In this document: in pieces, positions 62,582 to 64,000 of the stretch | Layout of the letters: every line of letters begins with the position of its first letter | Numbering within the stretch: the first letter of the stretch is position 1 | Source: Clostridiales bacterium | GTDB lineage: Bacteria > Bacillota > Clostridia > Oscillospirales > Oscillospiraceae | Direction of reading: 5' to 3' | DNA: 64,000 bases | NCBI GenBank assembly: GCA_019420945.1 | Contig: JAHZGF010000003.1 | Span: 1,288-65,287, forward strand | Translations under genes and position numbers: made by a program | Notes under the pieces: generated by a model | Told to the model about the DNA's origin: nothing | Seen by the model: the letters and a program-made list of their open reading frames with translations, nothing else | The model's database searches: none

Positions 62582-64000
62582 ATGAAAACACTCAGTATCG
62601 ATATTGAAACATACAGCAGCGTCGACCTTGCCAAGTGCGGCGTCTACAAATACACCGAAGCGCCGGATTTCGACATTCTTCTCCTCGGATATTCTGTTGA
62701 CGGCAGTCCCGTGCAGGTAGTCGATCTTGCCTGCGGTGAGACGATCCCTTCAGAGATTATAGCTGCCCTGACGGATACCTCTGTCACAAAGTGGGCGTTC
62801 AATGCGCAGTTTGAGCGGATATGCCTCTCACGCTGGCTTAGGAAAAATGGAAACTTTGATAACACCGGCTACAGCATCCCGGAGGATACCGTGGGAAGCT
62901 ATCTCGACCCTGCCTCCTGGAAATGCACCATGATCTGGTCTGCATATATGGGGCTTCCGCTTTCGCTGGAAGGTGTCGGCACCGTGCTGGGACTTGGAAA
63001 GCAAAAGCTGACCGAAGGCAAGGAACTTATCAAATACTTCTGCCAGCCTTGTGCGCCAACAAAGGCCAATGGCGGCCGCAGTCGCAATCTGCCGGGAAAT
63101 GCGCCGGACAAATGGGCTGCCTTCAAACGGTATAACAGCCGGGACGTTGAAGTCGAAATGTCCATTCAGGAAAAACTCGCCAAGTTTCCTGTGCCGGAGA
63201 TGGTCTGGGAGCAGTATCACCTCGACCAGGGGATCAACGACAGAGGTGTTGCACTGGATATGGAGCTAGTGCGCCAGGCGATTGCCATGGACACCCGCTC
63301 ACGCAGAGAGCTTACCGATGCTATGAAGAAGCTGACCGCTTTGGATAACCCCAACTCGGTACAGCAGATGAAGCAGTGGCTTTCGGATAACGGCTTGGCG
63401 GTCGATTCCCTCGGCAAGAAGGAAGTTGCGGAAATGCTCAAGACTGCGCCGACAGAGCTACAAAAGGTTCTCCTTCTCCGGCAGCAGCTTGCAAAATCCT
63501 CCGTCCGTAAATATCAGGCGATGGAGAAAGCTGTATGCGCAGACGGCCGTGCCCGCGGAATGTTTCAGTTCTACGGGGCCAACAGAACCGGCCGCTGGGC
63601 AGGACGCATTATTCAAATGCAAAATCTGCCGCAGAACCATCTTCCCGATCTGGCCGAGGCTCGCAGTCTTGTCCGCTCCGGCGACTTTGACGCCGTACAG
63701 CTATTGTACGAAGATGTGCCGGATACCTTGTCGCAGCTGATCCGCACCGCGTTTGTGCCGAAAAGCGGCTGCAAGTTCATCGTTGCCGACTTTTCCGCCA
63801 TTGAAGCCAGAGTGCTGGCATGGTTTGCGGGAGAAACCTGGCGTCAGGAAGTTTTTGAAAAAGGCGGCGACATCTACTGCGCATCCGCATCGCAGATGTT
63901 CAAGGTTCCTGTGGAAAAGCACGGTGTAAACGGTCACCTGCGGCAGAAAGGCAAAATCGCAGAATTGGCACTGGGCTATGGCGGCTCTGTCGGCGCGCTC
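62582..64000 (+). CDS. Family A DNA polymerase with an N-terminal 3'-5' exonuclease domain, partial (runs off the 3' edge)
   Basis: This ORF is not in the supplied track. I translated it by hand and the frame stays open for 473 codons to the window end. The Exo I motif is LSIDIETYS, pol motif A is FIVADFSAIEARVLAW and motif B is RQKGKIAELALGYGGS. Confidence 0.85.
   Translation, partial: MKTLSIDIETYSSVDLAKCGVYKYTEAPDFDILLLGYSVDGSPVQVVDLACGETIPSEIIAALTDTSVTKWAFNAQFERICLSRWLRKNGNFDNTGYSIPEDTVGSYLDPASWKCTMIWSAYMGLPLSLEGVGTVLGLGKQKLTEGKELIKYFCQPCAPTKANGGRSRNLPGNAPDKWAAFKRYNSRDVEVEMSIQEKLAKFPVPEMVWEQYHLDQGINDRGVALDMELVRQAIAMDTRSRRELTDAMKKLTALDNPNSVQQMKQWLSDNGLAVDSLGKKEVAEMLKTAPTELQKVLLLRQQLAKSSVRKYQAMEKAVCADGRARGMFQFYGANRTGRWAGRIIQMQNLPQNHLPDLAEARSLVRSGDFDAVQLLYEDVPDTLSQLIRTAFVPKSGCKFIVADFSAIEARVLAWFAGETWRQEVFEKGGDIYCASASQMFKVPVEKHGVNGHLRQKGKIAELALGYGGSVGAL

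Larger units (their letters stand above)
59300..64000 (+). mobile_element. Phage-like or phage-plasmid-like replication module (continues beyond the window)
   Basis: The co-directional genes are a sigma-like regulator, DUF2800, DUF2815, a small TM protein and a family A polymerase. Confidence 0.55.

Overview
The window has two parts. Positions 1 to about 17,640 are G+C-rich chromosomal backbone with GGAGG-type ribosome-binding sites, consistent with a high-GC gut Clostridia (Oscillospiraceae-like) genome; that taxonomic placement is inference. The backbone carries phnW (partial) and phnX for phosphonate catabolism. It also carries a LysR regulator divergent from a GntP-like permease and an enoate-reductase-family flavoprotein, an adjacent dockerin protein and cohesin/SPKTG-anchored surface protein pair, a MATE exporter, and a TetR regulator with a heterodimeric ABC exporter. 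From about 17,640 to the window end the composition is visibly more A+T-rich and the content is a mosaic of accessory and mobile DNA. That mosaic contains three large serine recombinases, an Xis-like HTH, a PriCT/DUF3987 replication protein, a duplicated ECF-importer plus ABC-exporter cargo cluster, and the start of a phage-like replication module (DUF2800, DUF2815, family A DNA polymerase). The most interesting feature is a tightly packed nine-gene minus-strand operon at 22,526-36,572. It has a class-2-DISARM-like core (large SF2 helicase, DUF1998 protein, m5C methyltransferase). Around that core sit a NERD-SF1 helicase, a UvrD-like helicase, an Hsp70-type ATPase, a GrpE-like coiled-coil protein, an XRE regulator and Vsr. 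I cannot match this combination to a described defence system from memory. A second candidate defence locus lies at 55,280-59,038: an AAA_13/RloC-like ABC ATPase with a zinc hook, two small unknown proteins and a paralogous XRE regulator. No rRNA, intact tRNA or CRISPR array was seen. All family calls come from motif recognition by eye; no searches were run.
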